Below, one piece after another: positions 41,035 through 54,600 of a stretch of DNA of 64,000 nt. The notes under the pieces are model-generated. The model did no database searches, was not told the DNA's origin, and saw only the letters and a program-made list of their open reading frames with translations. A program made the position numbers and the translations under genes. Position 1 is the stretch's first letter; each line of letters opens with the position of its first letter. This stretch comes from Octopus sinensis (Eukaryota). The stretch covers positions 2,976,001 through 3,040,000 of the forward strand of contig NC_043025.1 of assembly GCF_006345805.1 (NCBI RefSeq), written 5' to 3'.

Positions 41035-44000
41035 TGTGTGGGTGTGTTGTGTGTGTGTATACATACATATATCCACATATATATACCTTATCAAACTCTG
41101 ATGTATAAACGCACACACTCAACTCCAGGCCACACATATATTCCCACTTTCTTACACACAGGCAAACATAAATTGTAAGACAATATGAATTGTAGAAGAA
41201 TGAGAGTAAATAAACAAGATAAGAGAGATATTTAGTTTGTGGAAATGACATTGGATGACATATCGTGATCTTATTATGAAGAAGATGACTAACATAAGAG
41301 AAAGTCTCCCGCCCCTAAGCCCTAGACCATCACCTAACTACCCTTATCCGTCTTGTTGTTTCACAACAACAACAACAACAGCAGCAGCAGAATGCGTTGT
41401 AGCTTTTGGAAACCCAAACTGAGCTAAAATTGATAATTAAAGCTGACAGGCGACCTGCTGGTGAGCACCCGCGACGTTTCAATGCTCCAACCACCCACAA
41501 GGTTGCAGCAATAATAGTCGGCGAAGAAAATGGCAAGCGTGATATTGTCTTCCAGCACCGCGATAGCCGACTGTCCTTTGTTTCGGAAACCCATCGGTCA
41601 TACGACTGCCTGCAGTACCCCCTACTGTTTCCCCTTTGGAGAGGATGGCTACAGCGTTCACCAATGCCATGTTGATCCAATCACGCGTGCTGAATTAACC
41701 AAGGCTGTTTCCTGCAAGGAATTCTATGCCTTCCGTCTTATGGTCAGAGAAGAAAAGTTCGAAAAACTACTACGGTACAAGGAAGTCACAAATCAGTTCT
41801 TGGTTGACATGTTTGCCAAGGTTGAAGGGGAAAGGTTTCTTTATAGTCGTCAAAATCAAGAAACATTGGATTCGACTTCAATAACGTCATCTACAACACG
41901 GCCCTCCTCGATTTGCAATCAGGACTGCAAGTTATGGGAGTAGTTGGCGTATCAGATTTCATTCTGCCGTCTCCGCGGGACATTCCAAATGCTTTAGCAG
42001 CTGAGTACATGCGAGAGTTGAGCTACAACACGCAGGAAACGGTGGTACAGGTTGCTCAGGATGAACCTAGACTTTTGGAAGAACAGAGAATTGAATACAA
42101 CAGAATCCTCGCAAGTATTAATTCCAACGAAGGACAACTTTTTTTCTTGGATGCTCCCGGCAGAACCGGAAAAACTTGGGGAATCTTCTCACTGAGTGCA
42201 GCCTTATCATCTGGGATGAGGCAGCCATGTGTCATAAGGCAGCATTTGAGGCGCTCGAGCGGTCTCTTCAAGACCTGAGACGCAATATGAGAGTGATGGG
42301 CGGAGTAATTGTACTGCTTGCTGGCAACTTCCGACAAACTCTACCTGTCATTCCACGGGGGACAAGAGCTGACGAGGTAAATGCTTCCATAAAATCATCC
42401 TAGTTATGGCACCACAGCGAAAACTTCACCTGACTACGAACATGAGAGTTCACGTGTTTGGCAACGAAAATGCAGTCACATTCTCGGCACAGCTTCTCGA
42501 TGTTAGTAATGGAACTGTAGCTGGCGATACTGATGGTTTCATCCATTTACCATTTGGTAACTTCGTGCCTAACGTAGATGATTTGATTTCTGCAGTTTTT
42601 CCTGACATTGCAAGCCAAAGCCTTCACACAACTTGCCTAAAAGGAATAGCAATTTTGGCGCCTCAATAAAACAGTCGACGCTATCAAAAATAAACTTTTT
42701 GATCTGCTTCCTGGAGAAAAACTCTCCTTCAAGTCCATTGACACGCATGAAAACCCGGATGATATGACCATTTTCACAACGGAATTTCTTAATTCCCAAA
42801 CGCCCACAGGACTTCCGCCTCACGAACTCCATCTCAATGATGGCGCCCCCATCATGCTGCTGCGGAATCTTGATGCTCCAATAATGTGTAAAGGCACGCG
42901 GATGATAATAAAAAAAATATATACTCCCGAGTTCTGCAGGCAACCATATTGAATGGACCAGCCACTGGTCAAGATGTTCTTATAACCCCAATGTCCCTCA
43001 CTCCCTCCGATACGATCTACAAGTTTAAGCGGCTTCAATTTCCTATCAAACTCTCCTTTGCATTGAAAATATATAAGGTACAGGGTCAATCATTGCAAAT
43101 GGTTTGTTTAAATTTCACAGAGCAAGTATTCTCACACGGTCAACTGTTCGTTGGATGCTCCCATGTTGGCAGCACACAAAGTCTAGACATTTCTGCATCA
43201 GAAGGGAAAACGATAAATGTTGCCTAGAAAGAAGCACTCCACTGAAACTAGTTCGTTACAAAACCTCGCTAAGTATTTATTTATATTTAAGATCTTTAAA
43301 TTCTAAATTTTAATATTTTATAAGTCTTTGGTATAATAATATTTTCCTTATGTAAATATCGTTGTTTATGTAATGATCTAATTATCGTAATTTAGGTCGA
43401 CTTTGCCTTTCATCCTTTCGTGGTCGATAAATTAAGTACCAGTTACGCACTGGGGTCGATATAATCGACTTAATCCGTTTGTCTGTCCTTGTTAGTCCCC
43501 TCTGTGTTTAGCCCCTTGTGGGTAGTAAAGAAATATATATTATTAGATATTAAATTTAAGTTTATTCGTAAGATATTACTTAGCGATAGATTTGTTGTTT
43601 GATAGCAAGTATACGAGGTGTCTAAAGTTAGGCTTTTGTATATACATGTATTAATAGTATTAATTGTAGTTTTTAATTTCTTATAATGAAAATTAGATAA
43701 ACTTTGATAAACTTAGATATGTTTCGACTAAAGATTGGTCCTGGCCATGTCTAACTTAATAGCATAACTTAGTTATTGTCTTTTTAAATTGACATTCGCT
43801 AGTTATTCCCATTGATAATTATATTTATAGTATTTATAGTATTTATTCGATACTATATAACTACGAATTGATTATTTCTATAAGTATTTTTAATACGATT
43901 TCCGAAAGTTCGTTTAAGTTTGTTTGTTTGTATTTTTGAAATTAGCTATTTCATCTTTAAATATGAAAAATTAATTTATTAGGTCTTTATTATATGTGCA

Positions 44001-44809
44001 TATATATTTATTTATAGAGATATTTTAGATCTTAATTATAATATTTATATACATTTCATATTTTCATTGATAATTTATATATAATAGTCATTTTTTTTTA
44101 TATTTATGTAATTAGATATAGACTATTACCGATATTAGATTATTGGTGGGTTTCTTACCTTATAAATTAAAACTAATATTTAACATTGTAATCGATTTTG
44201 TAATAATCATAATTATTAAGTTTTAAGTTTCTAGTTTGGTAATAAAGTTTATTATAAGTAAAATTATTGTATTATTTATATCTTAAAAATGTTGTTTAAA
44301 TATTTCTGATTATTATTTTAATATTTCAATTAACCTGAAGATTGACAGTAACCATAACTTATTAATTGAATTTAAATTATTGTTATTCGAATTGGTACAG
44401 CCATGAAACGATCGTAGTGTTTTACTCTTTATCTTTTATTAAACTTTTAATACTTTTGATATTTAAAATAAAAAATAATACATAAATTAATTAATTAATT
44501 AATTAATAAAATAATATATAAATATAAAAATATACATACATACATATATATATATATTTGTATATATATATAAAATTTATAAGTTTAAATTATTTAAATA
44601 ATTCTTTATTTTTTATTTGTAACTTTTATATTTTAAAATTAATTTTATGCATTGGCTTATGTTTTCCACTGTTTGATTTGCCTAATAGTGGTTTTATATC
44701 TAATTTAATATAATATAATATAATATATTTATACTATAAAATTGGATTTAATCCTAAGTCTAATTTTTCTCTGTAAGTTTCGATTTATTCACTAAAATTA
44801 TTATTATTA

Positions 44810-44841
<32 letters not shown>

Positions 44842-44932
44842 ATTAGGTAAATACATGGGTCAAAAAATCGGATTCATTATGAAAGAATTCATCAATATAC
44901 CAAATTTCAAAATCTGTGAGAGAAACAAAGAA

Positions 44933-44995
<63 letters not shown>

Positions 44996-47825
44996 CTATG
45001 TCTTTCATTTACTCAACGCAAAATTTTCCACTCAGTGTGTGTGTATGCATGTGTGTAAGGAATTTCATTAAGGCGACACGGTAATGTAAAATCTGTATGC
45101 AATATAATAGATGTTAATAGCATACATTTCCGTTACTAAATATTATGGTTCTTACACACACACACACGCACACACATACACACACATACAAGAAAGCACT
45201 ACGAACACACGCACACACATGAACACACTCATATATGTACGTAACTATAGGTATGTGTTTATGTGTAATTTGATGTGTATAACGTCTTAATACATACATG
45301 AATATATATATCACATATATTTAACCTCTGTAAAGTGATCATGGGCAATAGTTTTTGCTTCTTATACTGCTTCTTTCATGAACAGAGATTTTCTAACATA
45401 TTAGTGTCCTAAGTCACACAATGAATGACACTATTTTCTATATATTGCTATCGAAGTAAACACTTGACATGCCTGGCAACGACTACCCACCTCCAAGGAG
45501 ATCAAATACAGATCGAAACCAGTGGGGTAGAGTCTTGGAGCTAGGGAAGCAGGTGTTATCTCCCGATTGCACTAAATATCGAGTGAATATCGAAGCGAAC
45601 TGAATAAATCAACTGATGTGTTCCTGTGGCTAAATGGCAGTATTGTCGCCTCGTAGACGACAGATAAATAGAAAGAGAGAGAGACATAATATAGATATAG
45701 ATATATATTTACATATATATATAAATACACAAATACAAGCAGATATATGTATATGAGATACATGTATGCATGTATGAATATTTATTAGTGTGTATATATA
45801 TATATATTATATATATATATATATATATATTATATATTATATATGCATGTTCGAGGTCGTTCCAAAATTTCCCGAACGAGTTCTATAGCGCGCAAACAGA
45901 TGGCTGCATACGATTGTATGCGCGCTGATAGCTAGCAGTGACCTTAATGAGGCAGCCTGCTGAGTGACATCGCTCTATATATTTCGAAAGATGTGGCATT
46001 TGAACTTTGGTGATATTGTAATCTGCGATTTTTGTCATGAACAGGAAATTGGAAGAAATGAAGAAAGTGTAATTTTGCGTTAAAATTGGGAAGTCTGCTA
46101 CAGAGAGATTGAGCATGCTTTGGCAAACTTATGGCGGTGAGATAGTGGGTCGTACGTAATGTTTCGAGTGTACGGGCGCACGAAAATGCTACAGCTTAAT
46201 CAAGAGCATGTTCATAATTTTTTTCCGATATCCTCAGTATTGTGCAATGGGATTTTTCAGGGCGGACGTTCGGGGAAAATGACCAGATCTGTGATTCGCG
46301 AAGTATTGAATTTTTCACGACAACAATGCACCTATCACCTCACTCGTAAGTTTCTTGCCAAAACAACATGCTATCGCTTCTGCACCTGCCCTATTCAACA
46401 GATTTACCACCTTCTGACTTGCATCTGTTCTTCAAAATGAAAAATCAGCTCAGACGTTGAGATCAGGAGCAAATTTAACACTGTCGTCGAGATCAAGAAG
46501 TCCTCGACTCGCCTATGGAAAACTACGTCCAGGCCGGATTCCAAAAGTGTCAGAAAAGCTGGGGCAGTTGTATTATTGCTCAGGTAATATAAGTTACTTT
46601 TATTAAACATTACTCGTTCAGGAACGTTATATATACGACGGATTTCCTTCAGTTACCCAATTAACCAACATAAAGGGGTTTGTTCGGGTGGAGACCAGAG
46701 TACACCCAGAAGGACTGAATACAGAAGCAAAATTCTTATCACACAGCCGTGCCATCACCTAAGCGTATGAAACACACACACACACACACGCACACACACA
46801 CACACGCAGGTACCCCACACACACATACACACACTACACACACACATATGACGGAAATGGAAAATGGATATTATGAGATTCATTAATCATTACTGCCGTT
46901 TCAACCCGTCTTCAATCGGCATCTCACGGATGTAATTGTAGAGTTTAAAATAACTGATGTTATTGAACCAGTATCTCAAAAGAGTGAGGATGAATATATT
47001 TCTATACGTTCTTTTCTTGAAGTGAGTATAACTCTGCATAAATATATATTTCATAATATACCCACCTATAGACACAAATGCAAACATAGATATTCACGTG
47101 CAATCGTACACTCATACACAAAATGTTAGACATTTATGCAGACACATAGAGACACAAACACTCATAGACACCTTCATACACACTCTAACATGAAATTAGT
47201 AGCAGAACATTAGTTAGAGATAGAAAGAGAAAAAGGAAGATGAGAAGACATCAGGTTCCTATAAAAAAATTCATAAATAAAATTTCAAAAAACTTAACCA
47301 ACTTACAAGTAGATTAACCTTGGAAGATTTTGAAAGCATCCTTGTGGGATGGTTGTGATCTTATTCCTACTGAGATATCTGAAAAATAAAACACAATTCA
47401 AAAGAAAGAGTATTAAAGAGTATTAAAAAGATTTCTTATAAAACATTAAATCTTGTATGTTTAGAATCATATTAATAAAAAGTGGACGGTGAAGGAGAAA
47501 ATGGCCGAGATAATGTTGATGATGATGATGATGAGTGTTGCGATGTTGATTGTAAATGTTGTAATAATGACGGTGAGAAGGAAAAGTGGGATAATGATGA
47601 TGATTATTATCGAAAACGATGACAAACGCTACTGATTAGTTGGTGATGACGACGTTGATTATTATGATGTTCATAACGAAGGTGATGATGATTCTGCATG
47701 CTAGAAATAGCAGAGTAAATGTTGGAAGGAAATAGTTTTGATGACATGATAAATTATAACGATTAGTGAATACGAAAATATGATTAGTAGAAGGACTATG
47801 AATATGATAGCGCTGAAGATGATAC

Positions 47826-47878
<53 letters not shown>

Positions 47879-47908
47879 GTGATAATGATGGTGATGATGA
47901 TGATGATT

Positions 47909-47961
<53 letters not shown>

Positions 47962-47962
47962 A

Positions 47963-48006
<44 letters not shown>

Positions 48007-48170
48007 AATGATGAAAGATATGATGAAAGATTAGAAACTAATAAGAATAACGAAGAAGGCGAAGGAAAATAAATCATAGAACGTATAGATATAGAAAGAG
48101 AAGAAGAAGAAGAAGAAGAAGAAGAAGAAGAAGAAGAAAAAGAAGAAGAAGAAAGAAGAAGAAGAAACAG

Positions 48171-48211
<41 letters not shown>

Positions 48212-48295
48212 GAACAAGAAGAAAAAGAAGAACAAGAAGAAGAACAAGAACAAGAAGAACAAGAAGAACAAGTAGAACAAGAAGAACAAGAAGAA

Positions 48296-48326
<31 letters not shown>

Positions 48327-48645
48327 TAGAAGAAGAAGAAGAAGAAGAAGAAGAAGAAGAAGAAGAAGAAGAAGAAGAAGAAGAAGAAGAAGAAGAAGAA
48401 GAAGAAGCGAAAATGATTCATGAAAAGAGGAGAAAGCAGTTGTGAGAATTAAAAGCAGAAGAACCAGAATATGATGAACAAAATGAATGTAGAGAAAAAT
48501 TGTGAAGAAGACGATAAATGCAGGAAAAGAAGATATATTAAGACAAGAAAAATAACGTGGAATATCAGAATGGGGAAACAAGTGGGAATAAAAGAATATA
48601 AATACAAATACTGTAGTCACACATCAAGCAACACAAACATATGTA

Positions 48646-48697
<52 letters not shown>

Positions 48698-51600
48698 ACT
48701 TATAAACAAGGGCAAAAGATAAAAAATTCAATACCATATATGCCGAAAATAGACTTAATCGTGTATAACCGTATAATTTATCACCATAATCGCGCGTCCC
48801 GATAGCAACACGGTAGAAATTTCCAAAACATTTGGTTAGAATCGGATCGGTCCCAATTTCTGAGTTAATTCATTTAGAATTTTCTCCTCATCAGCGATAA
48901 ATACGATCAGAAAATAAATGACCCACACACTTGTACCTTTAAAAGCATTATTTTAATATTCTGGCCATTGATAACATTTTTCCAAAAGTTTTATCCTATA
49001 TTAGATATAAATTCAATACTATTCACTTCCGGACTCTCTCAATCTATGAGAATTTTCAGTCCGATCACACGTTGAAAATAACGCATCTGCTGTGCCACGC
49101 ATGTTGCGAAATTTCGTCTTTACGCGGCTCTACAACCTATCTACCGAGTTCGTGTGGACCGTAGGATCGTTGGGGGGTCTACAAAATGAACAGGTAAGAA
49201 CAAATATGCAAGGCTTCTTTTTTCTTCAAGTTTAAAATTCGACATTGTTGGCATATTTTCGTTATATCTATATTCCACACCACATAAATACAGAACAGTC
49301 ACACACACAAAAACAAACAGACAAACAAGAACAAACATGCTCGTACACACAGACAAGAACAAGCACGCACATACACACGCACAAACACACAAAAAGAAGA
49401 AGTACGTACACGCAGACAGAGGAACAAGCACGCACGTACAACCCATTACCTTTCTTCTCCAATTTCATGAGAGTTGACCACGTGCTTTTCAACTTTTCAT
49501 GGAAACAGTTGAATTGAAATGTTTTGATTTTGTCGAGTCATATCGAAGGAATGCCATATCGTTTATAAATTTTTTTAAAAATATATATATATTTTATGGA
49601 TGTAGTGGAATCAAACGAGTAATCGCTAATTAAATTATGACAAGGGGTTTCGCCAATTCAGATGCTTGAAAAATAAGAATGAGTCTAGAGAGTGGAACAA
49701 GGGAGGTAACAAATGGCAAGGGAGACAACCAACTCCTCAGTATAACTTTTAAAATGGTCAAGTTTGTGTATTAAGGTGTTGCCTGGACTTTTGTATGAAC
49801 AGGTTTTCCTTATTCAGCCATTCTTGTAAGGAGATTAGAAACTTTGCATTGGTATAATGGAAAGATATGGAAATTCGGCGTTCTATTTCTTGCGCATCTG
49901 TGGATATGTTCACTCAGGGCCATCCACTTGTATTGATGAAAACTAATCTGTTCTTTATGTAGCGTGACTCTTCGTCTCAAAGTATGGCTCGTTTGGCCCA
50001 CATAATAATGGGCACAACCTGAGCAGGTTAGGACCTATATGAACTTTCGCTACAAACATTTGGACCCCCATTCTACCAGTATATAAGAGAAAACTGGAAA
50101 AGGTACCTAGACGATTGTTTTATCATCTGGAATGAAACCTATGATAAACTCCTGGATTTCAAATCCACGCTGAATAATATAAACTCCAATATTCTATTTA
50201 CAATAGAATATAGCAAGAAATATTTCCTCTTTCTGGACATTTTGATTATAACAAAATCAAACAACCAAATTTCAACTGACATCTCCTACAAACCAACAGA
50301 CTCAAAACAGTATCTCCTTTTCAGTTCATGCCATCCTAAATGCACCAAAATGAATATCCCATTCAATCTAGCTAAAAGGATCTGTATAATTGTATCTGAC
50401 ACCACCACTCGGGAACTTCGCCTACAAGACCTCAAAATAACACTCATTAAACGACAATACCCACCCGCACTTATAGATCATGGAATTGAACGTGCCATGA
50501 ACTTGGACACAAACAAAATTAGGACAACAAAACAGAACACCACACCCCACTTTAAATCACTCCCATACATATCAACCCACAACTCCAGAAACAATGAAGC
50601 ATACAACACAATTGTACAAAATCTTCCTCTGCTCACTCAAGACCCGAAAATAAACAACATCCTAAATACACAGAAGTTCCACATATGCAAAAGACAATAC
50701 AAATCACTCAAGAGATTCCTAACAAATGCAAAACTATATTCAATACGTACGATACCAACAGTTCAAAAGTGCAGTACATGCCCATTGTGGTACATGCCCA
50801 TACCTAACTGAAGTCTCGGAATTCACATTCCAGCAAGGAGAAATATTCTCAATTAAGACCAACTTCACATGTGCTTCCCAGAAACTTATCTATGTCCTAA
50901 TCTGCTCAGATTGTGGCCACAATTATGTTGCCCAACGAGCCTTACTTTGAGACGAAGAGTCACGCTACATAAAGAACAGAATCGTTTTCCTCAATACAGG
51001 CAGATAGCCCTGGGCGAACATATCGACAGATGCGCAAGAAATAGAAAGCCAAATTTCCATATCTTTCTATTATACCAGTGCAAAGATTCAATCTCCTTAC
51101 AAGAACGGCTAAGCAAGAAAACCTGTTCATAGAAAAGTACAGATAACTCCTTACCTACAAACTTGACCACTTCAAAAGTTATACTGAGGTGTTAGTTGTC
51201 TCTCTTGCCATTTGTTACCTCCCTTTGTCCATTCTATAAATTCATTCTTATTTTTCAAGTATCCAGAATGGCAAGACCCATTTGTCACAAGAATTGATTA
51301 CTTCACAATGTTCCTTGAAAAGCTAATTTAAATAGCGAAAACGGTTGAATATCACTACATCCATACAATATGTATATATTTAAAAAAATTATTTATAAAA
51401 ATGTATTAAATTTTGTGAAACGAAGGAATTTCTCTTCCACTTTTTATATATGTTTTCCACATATTTTGAACTCATAATTTTGCTACGTCGTGTATACTGA
51501 ATCTTCAGCGTTTTTGCTCCTTTTATATATTTTAGTATATGACTTGATCAAAGTAATAACGTCTCTCATTTCAGGAACTGATACCGGGATATTATGATCA

Positions 51601-54600
51601 TCAGCTGAACATCCAAACATGTATGTCATATATCTTTATACACACTCCACCACACAATCTTTTTGAGATATTCCGAGCAGAAACTGAAATCAAGTCCTCA
51701 TATGCAACAACAAGCTATAGAAGAGTACCTCTCTATTAAAGCATAAATCCTATTTTATGCCATGGATGGGAACCTGTACATTCAAATTATATCAGATCAG
51801 CTTAAACAAGCAAAACATAATTTAAATTTTAATCTATTGGGTGATTCCAAATTCTCAGAAGTGGGACAAGAGACTGTAAAAGATTACTTCTTCATGGATT
51901 ACACAACCCAACTGGTATTTTGTTGAATTCAAATGTGGAATCCATCTTTTAGGATTACGTCTAGATTTCAAGATACCCAAACCTCACAATTTTCACTATT
52001 TTCCTCATATTTCAGGTAAATATATTGTAAAATTTAGTACGAATGCCTATGGATTATTTTGTTAAATGTCCGGGGTACACATCGGGCAATGAAATAATGG
52101 GCGCGGCGAGCATTAGTTCCAGAGTCATTAAATGTGAATGAATAGACTTTAGTTCAGCCAGAAAAAAAATCATCCAAATTCCACTTCTTATCAAAGCAGA
52201 TTAGAATTGCATATGGTGGCGGGCTTTTGAGGTTCAGCACTAATGACAATCATCCAAACGCAAACTCATGAGAAATAAGGCATGAATAATGGCGTGAATT
52301 GTCTGTAGAAATTTAGAGATATTTGCTAGTTTTTCAGTAGAATTTCAAAAAATCCTTCTAGTTTTGAAGACAATACAATTTCCATGTATATTAAGTACGT
52401 TCCTCATAAGGTGGTTTATGGAAAAAAGCACAAAACAAAACAAAGAAATTCTGTGGATGTAATATCTTATAATCCTGACATGATCGTATTAAATCGAGGT
52501 CCTTTTCGGATTCTGTGCGTCAAAAGACTCCCAGTTCATCTCCAGTTATTTCGTTGGCCTGGCAAGATTTCCAAACTATTGTCTTGAATAAAGTTCAACT
52601 TATTTATACACCAATAATATACAAATCTTTGAATTGTGACAGCCATAAAAATTTCATATTTACTTTTGATTAGGAGGAAAGGCACCCTTCAAGAGGCCGA
52701 ATCTAGTCAGGAGAAAAGATAGTATTTCTTTTACTAAAGACCTGAAAAGAATGTTTAAGATAATATGGACTTAACTAAAGGCACTCAAAGTACCAGGTGG
52801 TGGATTTCAACCGAGATGTGGTTTAAGATTACCATTCAAAGAGGCCATTATAATAGAGACATTAGAGACATAGAAAGGATAAATAATACCCGTGGGCCTG
52901 GTGTTGAAATACGGCCATTAGTAAAGGACTGAAAATTAGCCAAGTGTTCCTCTCAGTGTTACTTGAAACGTTAGCTTTCGCTCACTTGTCATTGAAAATG
53001 CTGGGCATTATTAGCTACAAGGATCTTTAGCCAAAAGATATCTCAGTCCGAAACTACTGCTAACCGTTTACAATGCTCACATGATGCCCACAATAAAGAA
53101 ATCTTTCTACATGTAGGACGGTGCCACGCATAGACATCCGGGATTACATCTACAGAAGTTCAACGTGGCTATATGGTACTCTATCCCCAATAGATACGCT
53201 CAAATATCTCTTTTACAGATGGGATATCTTCTCTCTGCGCATCTTGTCTGCTGCTGTTATATTATGGACTCTTCTTTTAGGACCTGAATAACCTTTTGTC
53301 CCCAGCAATCAGATACTACAGACTCAGTCGTCTATGCCTTTGCTCCTCGCCCTTAAACATCATTACGTTTCCAGTACTAACCACTATGCTAAATACTTTA
53401 TCCCCTTGGCAGTAACCCTCTCCATCATTCCTGCAAATGTTGACCTGCAGCAGGTTAAGTGGAGTATTAATGGTATCTATCTCACCCGTATTGGAGATCT
53501 GGCAGGGGTTATAGAATCTGTCAGATCCTTTCTCTATAATCGGAAAAATAAAACGTGTGAGATTTTGACTCAAATGACTAGAAACTGGACAAAATACTGC
53601 AAGGTGTTTTTTGCGACGTCCTTATAATTGCATTAATTTATTCTTTTGTTATGGTTCTATATTGATCTGGAAATGTATGGGGTAAGGTTGAACTCGGCGA
53701 GATTTGAAGTTAGGTTGCCAAGGGTCAGAACAAATACCGCAAAATATTCTATTCGATGGTCAAAAGATTTCATTCAATTCGCGCTTAAATTATGAATGAT
53801 GAAAATATCTAACCTATGAAATAGAACATTGACTTTGCTATTCAACATCTTGAGATATACGAGCGGTTGGTCAAACTTTTCCAAATTTGTTGAGAAATAG
53901 ATCTGGTCGAATTAATCGATCAAATTTAGTATTGGAATATTCGATCAAAGCTGGAAGTTTAAAGTGATTAATGTAATGATGCAAGCCATTTAATTGGAAA
54001 TAACCGCCTAGAACATAGATTACTTGTTAAGGCTGTAATGAGCATCTAATAATAATTCTGCTTCTTCCTCCGTCAGTTATTTACTTAGTGCGTCTGTAAC
54101 ACTGTCAGGAGATGAGTTGAAGGAAAAGGCAAAGAGCAAGAGAAAATGAGGGAGAAAGAAGAAGTAGAGGGAAAATGTGTGTAAGGTGAAGAGCGAGAGA
54201 AAAATACGGTGAAAGACAGGGAGGGAGAGAGAAACAGAGATCGAGAGAAAAATAAGAAAGAAAATGGGGAAAGAGAATGACATACGGTAGGGGTAACGTA
54301 GTGTAGTGTAGCAAGTCATAAACCTTTATCGGCGGTAATCTGATGTTGTGGTCATGTTGGCCGAATAGGTATGATTGTTAGTTTCCCATTGGTTAAAATT
54401 ACTGCCTATATTTGAATTCTAACTTCCACGAAATACGGTTCTTTAGAATTCAGGTATGAGCAGTTATAAAAACCCTGATTTGGGGGAAATTAATCAGTGT
54501 TCGTTGGTTCTCACTCAATTCCAAGACACTTACTCTCTTGAGATATTGGCTATTGCCATATCAAGTCTTTTATCTAATTCAACAAGGCTATTTTGAATTG

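Noticed and set aside
46895-46930. Hammerhead on the minus strand (ttgaagacgggttgaaacggcagta; paralog near 38815)
   Set aside because: The core is altered and no convincing stem II or stem III can be formed.
53316-53573. Minus-strand ORF (and its paralog near 29790-29940) as a further exon of the LRR gene
   Set aside because: No LRR or LRRCT pattern; the plus strand reads as a LINE ORF2 C-terminus.
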